The position numbers and the translations under genes are program-made. The notes under the pieces were generated by a model that did not search any database, was not told the origin of the DNA, and saw only the letters and a program-made list of their open reading frames with translations. Below, piece after piece: positions 14,226 through 26,244 of a DNA stretch of 64,000 nucleotides. Position 1 is the first letter of the stretch. Every line of letters starts with the position of its first letter. Origin of the DNA: Octopus sinensis (Eukaryota); the NCBI RefSeq assembly GCF_006345805.1, contig NC_043005.1, positions 47,182,001 through 47,246,000 of the forward strand, in the 5' to 3' direction.

Positions 14226-14877
14226 AAATAAAGCAATATACGAAAATTGTCATAGATCTCAAAATGTTATCCGTCACTCTTCCACAAATTCTGGGAAACA
14301 TTTTATAACAAAAATCAGAACAACAACCAGTAACAGCATTAGTAGTGGCAACAACAATAACGGTATTAACTATATCAGGATCAATAGCTAGCAACGATAA
14401 CAAGAACACCGACAAGAAAAATAACAAGAGAAAAGAAATATGTTGATGTTGATAGTTATGATAACGATGATGATGGTGAAGCTGATGTTTACCACGACGA
14501 CGATGACGACGTTGATGATAAGGATGATGGGAAATGTAATTTTCATGTACCCTGACATGAGGTATAGCACGGAGCTAAGGTGATGTGTTTGGAAGTCTAT
14601 AATTAAATCATAAATGTATGTAGCAACAACAATAACAACAACCGAGGGAAAATAATCAAATTAAGTGATAAAAGAAATACTAACAAAACAGCAATCAAAT
14701 GAAAATCATGCAATTCATGTGTACGCGCGTTCACACGCATGTGGAAATATATATACTTCACATATACAGACATAGACAAATATACAAATATACACATACA
14801 TATCACGTTTTAGAAAGAGTTGCCCACGACTTGGTTATTAACATTTGCGAAATGTTTGTTTATTTACTAATTCTCTT

Positions 14878-14879
<2 letters not shown>

Positions 14880-14928
<49 letters not shown>

Positions 14929-15278
14929 AAATATATATATATATTTATACACACACACATATATATATCCATATATATATATATAATTCATAAAACAATA
15001 TATATATATATGTATACACACACACATATATCTGATATATTATACATATATATGTGTATATATATTTATGTATGTATATATATATGTATATACATATATA
15101 TATGTATATATATATATATTTATATATATTATATACATACACATAGAGGCTTCACTTCTATATAAATAAATATATGTTTATATATAAGCATAATATTTAC
15201 ACACACATATCTATATAATATTTACGTATATGTATATAGTTTTATATATACATATATGATGTAGCTATATATTATATA

Positions 15279-15335
<57 letters not shown>

Positions 15336-15700
15336 TATATATGTATGTATATATATATGTATATATATATGTATGTATATATATATATGAGTGTGTGTGT
15401 GAGTGTATGTATGCATGCTTGCATGTATGTATGTTTATGCTCATTAACAATCCTTTATTGCTACAAATTTCCTCATCCTGTGAGTCCGATTCTCATGCAT
15501 TATTCCTGATTCAGAGAAAATACTGAACAATATTTGTTATATCGAAAACACTCATGCCATTAGCTACCACAACGCTGACTGGAAAAGGGTCACACAAGAA
15601 ACAAACGGGCTTCGATCACAAAAGCGACTTTTTGACTCCTCAAAATAACTGCAAAATGCTATGTATACACACACACACACACACACACTCACATACACAC

Positions 15701-15731
<31 letters not shown>

Positions 15732-16050
15732 AACATATATGTATACATACATATACATATACATATATATATACATATATATATGTATACACACACACAC
15801 ACACTCACATACACACATATATAAATATATATATATATGTATACACACACACATATATATATCCATATATATATATATAATATATATATATATATATTAT
15901 ATATATATATATATACATGCACACAGACACACACGCATATATATAAACGTGTTCATATGTATATGTATTATAAATGTATATATGTATCTCTCTCTTTCTC
16001 TCTCTCTATCCATACACACACATACGAGTATGTATGTATGTATGTGTGTG
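14880..16050. repeat. TA/CA-rich low-complexity microsatellite field
   Basis: Interrupted (TA)n/(CA)n, with about 60-bp blocks repeated near 15661 and 15783. Confidence 0.9.
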
Positions 16051-16371
16051 TGTGTGCAAGAGAAGAGTTATATTCTAGATATGCGTTGCACAAAATATCA
16101 AGAGACTGCAATAGAAGGTGTTGCTACACCATTCTCACGTCGGGAAAACGCAATATAAACAAAAATATATTCTTTTATTTGCTTGCTACTTTACTGGGTT
16201 TAGTCACTGAACTGTGGTCATAATGGGTTACGATGATATCAACCTCGGTGTTTATTTTCTCGATCTCAGAGTTATGAAAGGGAAAATGGCCCAACGTAAT
16301 ATTTCATACAATATCATATATCGTTCAACATATACATATATATATATACATCCACCCTTCCATCTATATAT

Positions 16372-16409
<38 letters not shown>

Positions 16410-16505
16410 AGTGGTTCGCTTCCTTGCACGCGATTTTATGCATGTATATATATATTGTTGTATTTGGGATGGTCAATGTCTTTTTTCTTTTGTGTTTGTT
16501 TTTTC

Positions 16506-16717
16506 CCAAATAAACACACCCACTATGTATTCGTTCTTCACTCGTTTATTACTGTTCGTATTTTAACTCATGTCCAGTGTCCGGAAAGCTTACGTCATAT
16601 ATCTGTAATCTCCTCAGCGGCACTTTCAGTCTTCGTATGTGGACAATAGTCATGAGTTAGAATAAGAACAGTAATAAACGAGTGAAGAACTAATATATAG
16701 TGCGTGTGTTGATTTGG
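16506..16717. repeat. Imperfect inverted repeat (arms about 16506-16582 and 16641-16717)
   Basis: GTTCTTCACTCGTTTATTACTGTTC pairs with GAACAGTAATAAACGAGTGAAGAAC. Confidence 0.9.
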
Positions 16718-16784
16718 CAAAAAGAAAAAATGACCAGCATGCAGTAGTCGCTCTGCGGCAAGTAGGTAGCTTACTAACGACATG

Positions 16785-16826
16785 GTCCCTTCCTGTAGAA
16801 GAGCGTAGGCTCGAAACGTAAAAGAC
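16785..16826 (+). ncRNA. Candidate type I hammerhead ribozyme variant
   Basis: Stem I GTC(CC)TTC/AAAGAC with one mismatch, core CUGUAGA, stem II GAGC/GCUC, GAA, palindromic stem III ACGU, cleavage triplet GUA. Confidence 0.55.
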
Positions 16827-16917
16827 TTTTTTTCTATTCCTGAGCGTTATACTAATACATATGTTTGTTTTGTACACCACCTGTCTTCGTCTTTTATTTT
16901 TTGCCGTAAACTCTCCC
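16785..16917 (+). mobile_element. Penelope-like terminal repeat carrying a minimal hammerhead motif; ends at (TA)n
   Basis: About 130 bp homologous to 46001-46131 on the minus strand; contains CTGTAGA-A-GAGC-GTAG-GCTC-GAA-ACGT-A. Confidence 0.7.
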
Positions 16918-16938
16918 TATATATACATACATATATAT

Positions 16939-17093
16939 ACGACGGTCTTCTTTTTTGTTTCCGTCTACCAAATCCACTCACCAAGGCATTGGTCGGCCCG
17001 AGGCTATAGTAGAAGACACCTGGTGCCACGCAGTGGGACTAAACCCGGAACTATGTGGTTCGTAAGCAAGCTACTTACCACCCACTCCTACGC
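16939..17093 (-). mobile_element. SINE family A, 5' half
   Basis: Reverse complement of GCGTAGGAGTGG..GGTAAGTAGCTTGCTTACGAACCACAT. Confidence 0.9.
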
Positions 17094-17103
17094 GTATATC
17101 TAT

Positions 17104-17145
<42 letters not shown>

Positions 17146-17610
17146 TATATATATATGCATGTACATAGTTAAACATGTACATATATATATATGTATGCAT
17201 GTACATATATATGCATCGAAAGTTTAGTTACCTGATGTCATCATATTGGATATACATCAGAAATTCCATGTTTAGGGGCAGAATGGGTAACTGGGGCAAA
17301 ATGTGTAATTTCTGATTATTTTATTATTTATTATTCATCTGTTTGAAACCGTTATATTGCAAGTATTGAATTATCAATTTGTACTGTTGCATCATCCGTG
17401 GGAATAAAAAGTTCGTCAGCATAGTTGTTATGACAGGTACTGTATTTTTGATAACCTATGACGATACGAAGTGCAGTGTGTTCGTGTTATTTGCAATTTT
17501 TGCTGGTTTGCTACGAAACGATCAGCGTCACCCCTTGCCCTTGCGTAATTCATGATGGATCTCTTGTAGTGTTTGTATAGTACTACTCTTGGCTCTTTTC
17601 ACTGCACAAG

Positions 17611-17663
17611 TATGGCATCTCCGAATGTGCTAATTGTGTTATTCTTTGCTGTCAGTGCGGTAG
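17611..17663 (+). CDS. Candidate signal-peptide exon (MASPNVLIVLFFAVSAV)
   Basis: Pyrimidine tract plus AG at 17609-17610, AAGT-ATG-G start context, hydrophobic core, phase-1 AG|GTGCGC donor; no convincing downstream exons found. Confidence 0.3.
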
Positions 17664-17839
17664 GTGCGCACGCCTCTGTGTGTGCGCGTACTCCCGCGTC
17701 TGTGCTGTTAAGCTGCGTGAGTTTGGTCGGTGTTATTTATGCTTATCGTTTTGCATTAAGTTTCAACGTGATTGATGCTGGGTTGGAGTAAGTTGCGCAA
17801 CTGCATCGTCAGAACAGTGGCATTATACAAATGTAATAG

Positions 17840-18230
17840 GGCGGCGAGGTGGCAGAAATGTTGGCACGCCGGGCGAAACGCTTAGCGGTATTTCGTCTGC
17901 CGTTACGTTCTGAGTTCAAATTCCGCCGAGGTCGACTTTGCCTTTCATCCTTTCGGGGTCGATAAATTAAGTACCAGTTACGCACTAGGGTCGATGTAAT
18001 CGACTTAATCCGTTTGTCTGTCCTTGTTTGTCCCCTTTATGTTTAGCCCCTTGTGGGTAGTAAAGAAATAGGTATTTCATCTGGCTTTGTGTTCTGACTT
18101 CAAATTCCGCCAAGGTCGACTTTGTCTTTCATCCTTTCGGGATCGATAAACTAAGTACCAGTTGCATACTGGAGTCGATCTAGTCGACTGGACCCGCCAA
18201 AAAAAGTGGGGACCTTGTGCTTGTGTAATA
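17840..18230 (+). mobile_element. SINE family B full copy (17840-18070) fused to a second 5'-truncated copy
   Basis: GGCGGCGAG...GAGTTCAAATTCCGCCGAGGTCGACTTTGCCTTTCATCCTTTCGGGGTCGATAAATTAAGTACCAG...AAAGAAATA|GGTATTTC. Confidence 0.92.
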
Positions 18231-20789
18231 CTTGCATTGAAGGTCGTGTGGATATTTTGTGAAACTTTTGAAAAGGATTTTATGAAGGTTAAAAACACTT
18301 GGTAAATGATGTACCCTTGTGTTATTCATTTCTGTAAATAAAAAATTATTTATGCATTGTTTTTAAAGCGGTACTGAGCATTTTGTATATAATCGGACGG
18401 AAGTGCATGATTATGTCAGTGAGTTTTGTGTAACTGACGGAATCCATCACGTAATTTTGGTAAGTTTGGTGGACTGTAGCTTAGCGCAATGTAAACATCT
18501 ATAATAGAATTTGCAGATGGAAATGTATTTTTTAACAATGTTTAGTCTTGAAGATGTGCATGGGTCAAAGTATGCTCTTTAGGTTAGACATTTAACAGAC
18601 TTCAGAAGAATGATAATAATTTTTTTCCCAATTTCCAAATTCCGGGAGCTTCATTAAGTGTTTAATAAATGTCTAAAGAAAATGTTGATTACCGCAATAA
18701 TTACTTTAGGATCTAAATTTTAGGAGCGTGAGTGTGATTAGAGTTTTATCTGGCCTTTGAGATTCTGATTACATGGACTACTTTATAAATCTTCTAATAT
18801 CTAGAGGAAAAAAACAGTTTCCGGGAAGAATATATATAAAGAGATGTATCTCCTTTGAGTGTGTGTGTGTGTGTGTGCGTGTGCGTGTGTGTGTGTGCGT
18901 GTGTGTGTGTTTGTTTGTTTGTGTGTGTGTATTTCTTCATTTAAAGGTTTGCGAAGAGTGGGGTTTATTTTCGAAAACTGCTTGAATAAATGAATTTAAT
19001 TGCAGTTCTAGTATTGCTATATTATTTGAAGTCATTATTGTGAAATGCGCTGAGACGTGGACGGTGTTGTAGCCGGAGCTTCTTACAGAAAAACCTTCAT
19101 ACAATAGGAAAACTATGATGCATGATGCAAGCAAGAATATTATGATATCGTAGTGTTTCTGGAGAGAAGGTGTACAATCATTTTGTTGATCCTTTTTCTT
19201 TCCGGACGAATATCCTGCCCAACAGCCGAACTGCTAAAACTTATATTAAAGACGAATTGAAGAATGCACCAGCGAATATCTTCAAACAGTTCCGAAATCA
19301 ATATTCTATAACGTCAAGAATTTTTTTTCTGTCATTATTTTGTTCCAATAAAAAAGAAATAATTATACAATAATTTTCATTCTTTGTTTTTCTTTCCATT
19401 ATTTACTATCATTTAGATGAGTTTGGTTTTGCAATAAGTATAGAAAAGTTTGGTCTTCATCTTATGTATACAGGTTATCGAAAATCAAGAGATTATTTGT
19501 GCCATTATTAAATTCTTATAAGACCATCTGATAAGTACTTAATATTTAGTATTTTTTTGGAAACATTCTTACAGTGGATGAATAACAAATAAACGAGAAA
19601 GAATAATAAAAATTTATTTGATATTAAAAAATGTCATGAGGGGTTAATGTCGCAGAAAAAGACAAACGTGGGATACATGATATGAAATATTTAAAATAAA
19701 TATATAAAATAAAACAATAATGATATAGCGACATTCGAAAAATAAAACAAAGGCTATAAGAAAACAGATGTTCAAGAAACAAAAATGGAAACTTTTCCAA
19801 GATAAATGGATAAAAGTAGCGTTTAGATATGGTATCGAAAACAAAAATAAAAGAAAAAAATGTTATTGACATGTATTGCCAATGTCGGTTAGCTATAAAG
19901 CAATGGATGTAATAAGCTAAATCTTTTGATGTCTGCCATTTATATTACACTGCGAATACAACAGTTAAATAAAGCTATGCAAGCCGAGAAAAGAATTTTA
20001 GAAATTGTTATTAGCTTCGCGCTTGAAGAAACAAAAGAAGAAATAGCACCCTGGTTTGCTTACTTGCCACAACTAACAGCTTCCATTTACATCTATTATT
20101 TCACTTATCTCCTACCAATTCTACATAAAATGCATCTGAAAGAAGCGTAACTTATATTTTAGCAAATATAATGTCATAGGGCTTTTTTTTTATATTCTTT
20201 GTTTTCATTTTTGTATTCATGGAATATTTTCTTATTGCTTCATATTTTTGTTTAATTTTGTTTATTTTTCAGTTTTAATAACATCTAAAAATCTAGTGAC
20301 TCACCTTCGGCACCGTAGGAACATATGAGAAAATCAATAGCATTCAATATCTGAAAAGAAATTAAACAAAAATCTTAGTAGAAAATTCATAATATAATTT
20401 CAGATAAAGAGAAACGGAGTGAGAAAGACAACAGCAGTAAACGAAATAAAACTTTAGAAAAAGTAAGATATATAGAGGTAGGTAAAATGGAAGTAGAGAT
20501 ATCAAGAGAGGATTGCGGATATGTGTAACAAAAGAACTCAAAGAAAATAAAACCTGGAAAGTCGTGGTGGATTGAAGATGCAAGAATGAAACAATAATGA
20601 CACAATTTGGAAGGGAAAAATGATTTAAAAATCCCTAACCTAGTTGAAAGAAAAGTACAAAGAAAAAAAAGAATACATACTATATGGAAAGTGAGCAAAC
20701 GTTCAAGGATGAAACAATTTACGATGCAATGAACCAGATGTGAAATATCACATGACCCTACTGAATCAAGATACATATATACAAACACA

Positions 20790-21505
<716 letters not shown>

Positions 21506-22099
21506 CAGTTCGGAAATACTTGGATTGGTTTTTGTATATATTTTTTTACGTAAGATTTAAGCAAAACATTGTAATAAATGGAAGTAAAATCTGCTTCAAT
21601 AGTAGTGTCAAGCTGTCCATGGAAATATGCTCATCACCCGAATATGTTTATTCATGCTGATTTCTTTATGTTTTCAATAGAAATTATATTAAAGTGGTGT
21701 TGACTCAACGGGACACTCTTGACATTTTATGTAAATAACGCTTTCGTAATCAATAAGAGTTTGTCGATGAAAAAAGAAAAATATTTCGTGACAAAATTTT
21801 TTTTCTATATAACATGTGAGTGAAAGCTGGCTGAGTTGAACGGATGCTGGGTCAAGATTTCGTATTCCATTACAGGCACTTGGCTGATTTTATACGAAGA
21901 CTCTTAACACCAAAAATAGTCTTGTCCACCTGGCTATACATATTTAATGAGTATAGACTGCTCATTGTTGTAAGAAGCAAGACTACTGATAATTATTGAG
22001 ACAGAATTTGATATGCAAAATGAATTTTTATTTCAGGAACACACACACACATACACAGACAAACACACACACAAACACATACAGACACAGATATATATA

Positions 22100-22186
22100 A
22101 TTCCTATAGAAGGATGTTGTTGACAGTGACTTCAACGCGTCGGCCAGTCTTCGAGGTCATTGTCAGCAACATTCTCGTATAAGAAT
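22100..22186 (+). ncRNA. pri-miRNA-like hairpin
   Basis: 23 contiguous pairs (22111-22133 with 22153-22175) including 4 G-U, a 19-nt loop, a 2x2 internal loop and an 11-position lower stem. Confidence 0.4.
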
Positions 22187-22330
22187 AATAAATTTGTACT
22201 CTACAAAAGTAAAGAGTAACCTACCTGACTAATGTAAAATTGATTTTATTATTACTGAACATAAAAGCAAACATCAATATATATATGCATACATATATAA
22301 ACACAGATTATATATATATATATATATATA

Positions 22331-22780
22331 ACATTATGGTGAATTGAAGAAATGGAGCTGAACGCAGATTGAACAGAAATCGTTTTATTTCATTCTACAC
22401 GTTTTCGAAAGGCACAAATTACCAAAATCCGATTGATAATGGGATCATATTGTGTCTTTCTCTTCAGGAAGAAAAAAGGAAATCCGTTGGAAAAACAAAA
22501 ACAGAACAGAGGCGGAGCAAAAACAAAAACAATCGAACTATGCTCCTAAGAGCCCATGGGGAAACTCCATGGATTTGTTTTTGTTTTTGCTCCGCCTCTG
22601 TTCTGTTTTTGTTTTTCCAACGGATTTCCTTTTTTTCTTCCTGAAGAGAAAGACACAATATGATCCCATTATTCAATCGGATTTTGGTAATTTGTGCCTT
22701 TCGAAACACGTGTAGAATGAAATAAAACGATTTCTGTTCAATCTGCGTTCAGCTCCATTTCTTCAATTCACCAATAATGT
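22331..22780. repeat. Long near-perfect inverted repeat (foldback): 204/209-bp arms, 37-nt spacer
   Basis: Arms 22331-22534 and 22572-22780 are reverse complements differing by five single-base indels. Confidence 0.97.
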
Positions 22781-22926
22781 TTTAATTTCAATTATCCGCA
22801 CCAACGCACGGTTGCAACGCCAGATGGTTGTACCTCCAACCGTGCTGTTTACTGCTGTGATTTTTGCTACTAAGTATCGGTTAAACTTTTGATTAATCTA
22901 CTACAAGATTATTCATCTTTCTATTT

Positions 22927-22928
<2 letters not shown>

Positions 22929-22975
<47 letters not shown>

Positions 22976-22992
22976 ATATATATATATAGATG

Positions 22993-23061
<69 letters not shown>

Positions 23062-23071
23062 ATAGATAGAT

Positions 23072-23153
<82 letters not shown>
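22929..23153. repeat. (TA)n followed by (GATA)n microsatellite
   Basis: Directly visible. Confidence 0.97.
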
Positions 23154-23154
<1 letters not shown>

Positions 23155-23179
23155 TAAGAAATCGAATTAACTGCAGGTG

Positions 23180-23875
23180 TTATTGAGTTGGTGTTTATGA
23201 ACGTATTCTATAACAGAGGGATTTTCTAAGTTTATTTCAGGACAGCCTTCTTTGCGGATGGCATTGTCAATTGTTTTAGCGATAACACCGTCCCGCATAG
23301 GGAAGCACTACCATGACGACATTTTAGGACAGCTGCTAATCATATGCTTAATGTCTTTCACAGAAACATGGCATAGCCTACACATGCGGTTGCATCTTGG
23401 GATTAAAAGAGCGTCACTGTCTCTCTTGTTCACTAGGTACTTTGTAGCAATCTCCTGTTCCTGGATTGCAAACGCATAGCCTTCAAAGTGTGATGTAATG
23501 GTAGTGATTTTTTGTCCAAGAAAGCCTGCGCTCGCATCAATTCTACTGTCTTCTTCAAGCATCCATGCATAAACTTTTTTTTGTATGCAGAGTGCTTTTT
23601 ATCCAGATCTTCTCTGAGGTAAGAGAGCCCAGCTGTTTTGGGGCTGTATAGGAGATCATCAAGGAGAGAGTGCTTCTTGAGGAGCTCGCTGCCAACTCGT
23701 ACAATGTTGCTCACTTCACTTTTCAGCACTGCATTTATATATTTATTTTTGCTGCTGTTGTTCAGCAGATGCTGCCTGAGTGATATCATACAACATTCGA
23801 AGGCCTTCTGCACTGATTTCAGGCCTCTACCACCTTCATTTCTTCTTAGGTAGGGTCTGTCAACATCACTGTTGT
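23180..23875 (-). mobile_element. R4/Dong-clade non-LTR retrotransposon fragment (RT thumb, CCHC knuckle, start of RLE domain)
   Basis: SDVDRPYLRRNEGGRGL, then FEGYAFAIQEQEIAT...CRLCHVSVKDIKHMISSCPK and RDGVIAKTI (like RHDxxAK); frameshift and stop present. Confidence 0.88.
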
Positions 23876-23891
23876 ATGTATGCATATATGT

Positions 23892-24433
23892 TATGTCAGG
23901 TCACTTTCGAGTGCTACTGGTAACATGTAACCCAGTACAACCTGTTGCATGGTCGGGTCGTCGGCGACTAAATCGGCAACCCCACCAAGCTTGCTTGGTG
24001 AGGAGGGTGTTTATTGGACACCCTGCGGGATGAAAAACAGAAACCCGTCAAAGGGCGGAGGAACTCTTGAGAGTCAACGGCCATCCAATAAATGTCCTAA
24101 GGATGTTTCATGCGCGGGGACATAGAAATAATCGGATTGAATACACGATCGCGCGGTTAAACCATTGGGAGTGAAGGACTCCTAGCCTTTGTTAGGGCAT
24201 CCTTCTAGGAGAAGTTAACTCCGACATAAAACCTGCGGCTCAGTGGTTACCGATGATGTTGACTTGTTCTTCTTTTCGGATTATGACTGCTGTTGCTTAG
24301 TGAGTGGGATTGACTCAGTGCACAGCCTTTCCTCACTTTAATAAAAATCTTCTTGCACAGACATTGCACGATAACATCATTGATTAAGCTTCGTGCAATG
24401 GCCATACTCGATAACGAGGGGGCAGCCACCACC
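23892..24433 (+). mobile_element. Non-autonomous RTE-derived element (5' UTR-like region plus 3' tail)
   Basis: GGGCATCCTTCTAGGAGAAG..AACTCCGACATAAAACC resembles RTE 5' UTR motifs; 45-nt 3' tail identical to the RTE end at 26923-26967; ATGCATATATGT on both flanks (23880-23891, 24434-24445) as a possible TSD. Confidence 0.75.
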
Positions 24434-24437
24434 ATGC

Positions 24438-24470
<33 letters not shown>

Positions 24471-25829
24471 TGTATGAAACAAAAAGTGAATGAAGAGGTG
24501 ACGAGAAAGAAATAGAAACAGAAAGTAAAAGAGGGGATATGAGAGAATGTCACCAAGAGCAATCGACGCACATTTGTTTATACGTTGAGAGTATATAGAA
24601 TAGTACGTTCATGTATAAAAAAAATATTTGTGTACACACATACATACATGCATAAATGCACAACCACACACGCACGCACACATACAGAGAGAGAGAGAGG
24701 AATATATAGTGATGGAGGGTTAAAGAAGCTATATTATTGCTAACTAGTAAATATTCATTCTTATACACAAACATAAATACACATACACACACACATAGAA
24801 ATATGTACGTATATGTGATTTTATACACACACATATATACGAGTGCGTATATGCATATGTATGCATATACATATATAATATATAATATATATACATATAT
24901 ATATATATATTTACATATATATATATGTATGTATATATATCTATCTATGCGTATGTGTTTGTGTAAACACATATCCAAATATATATTCGTATATACATAC
25001 TTATATGTGAGAGGATGTAGTATGTATGTAAGTATTATATACATGTACGTACAAGTGTTGCTTTAAGTTAGAGAGATGCTCATGAAATTGTTTATTACTA
25101 AGTGCATCCAAGCATTAATGTAGATTTGATAACGGAAATGTTTTTAGTGGTAACATAATTTGACTACAACTTTCTAGCGTGAATGTTTTAAAAGAGTCAT
25201 TGATGTAATAAGTCAAATAGTAAAGAAATAGTGGGTAGCAGGTGCTTGAAGTCAATAATGTTAAGCTGTTAACTGCCTTGTAACTTATCAAAAGTGTATA
25301 CCAGCTAGAAGTCCACTGTAAAAAGTCCAAAGTAAAAACGATTTTCTTTCCCGTTCAGCTCATTGAAATTGTTTTCTCCGGACGTATTTGCATTATCGTG
25401 TTTCTTGAATAAAATAGCTTAATTTAGACGGAGAATAAGTTTGAATATTCGTATTGCAACAGGAAATTAAAAGGAAAAATGGAAAGACATTCCAACTCCT
25501 AAAAGTAACAAATTGAAAACATAACACCTTCTGGAGATTAAAATTCAAGACAGCATTAAAATATTATATCTATATTTCAACTCTTCAACATTATGATTTA
25601 GCCATGCTAACGCTACGATATGCGAATTAGAAGCTCTAATCTTAGTGTGTCCCAAGCTTATTATACTATTTCCCATGGACGTCCTACAGGATTTTTGAAT
25701 GCAAGTCACAATAATTTGTATAGAGAAGAACATAAAGAATATATTCTCTTACACCTGAAGACCACAGCCGACCCACGAACTAACAGCGCACATATTTTGT
25801 AGATACGTATTTGATTTTGTTCATATACC

Positions 25830-26244
25830 TATTTCTTTACTACCCACAAGGGGCTAAACACAGAGAGGGCAAACAAGGACAGACAAACGGATTAAGTCGA
25901 TTATATCGACCCCAGTGCGTAACTGGTACTTATTTAATCGACCCCGAAAGGATGAAAGGCAAAGTCGACCTAGGCGGAATTTGAACTCAGAACGTAGCGG
26001 CAGACGAAATACCTATTTCTTTACTACCCACAAGGGGCTAAACACAGAGAAGACAAACAAGGACAGACAGACGGATTAAGTCGATTATATCGACCGCAGT
26101 GCGTAACTGGTGGTTAATTCATCGACTCCGAAAGGATGAAAGGCAAAGTCGACCTCGGCGGAATTTGAACTCAGAAGGCAACGTCAGACGAAATACGGCT
26201 ACGCATTTCGCCCGGCGTGCTAACGTTTCTGCCAGCTCGCCGCC
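25830..26244 (-). mobile_element. SINE family B head-to-tail dimer with a 15-bp TSD
   Basis: Full copy 26014-26244 plus truncated copy 25830-26013; TTTTGTTCATATACC at 25815-25829 and 26247-26261. Confidence 0.93.

Noticed and set aside
21681-21730. Ephrin-like D-x-LDI-x-C motif
   Set aside because: Too short, and the conserved upstream ephrin WNSSN segment is absent; kept only as a weak exon candidate
22535-22571. Sequencing adapter at the centre of the big foldback
   Set aside because: The spacer does not resemble the SMRTbell or Illumina adapters I know
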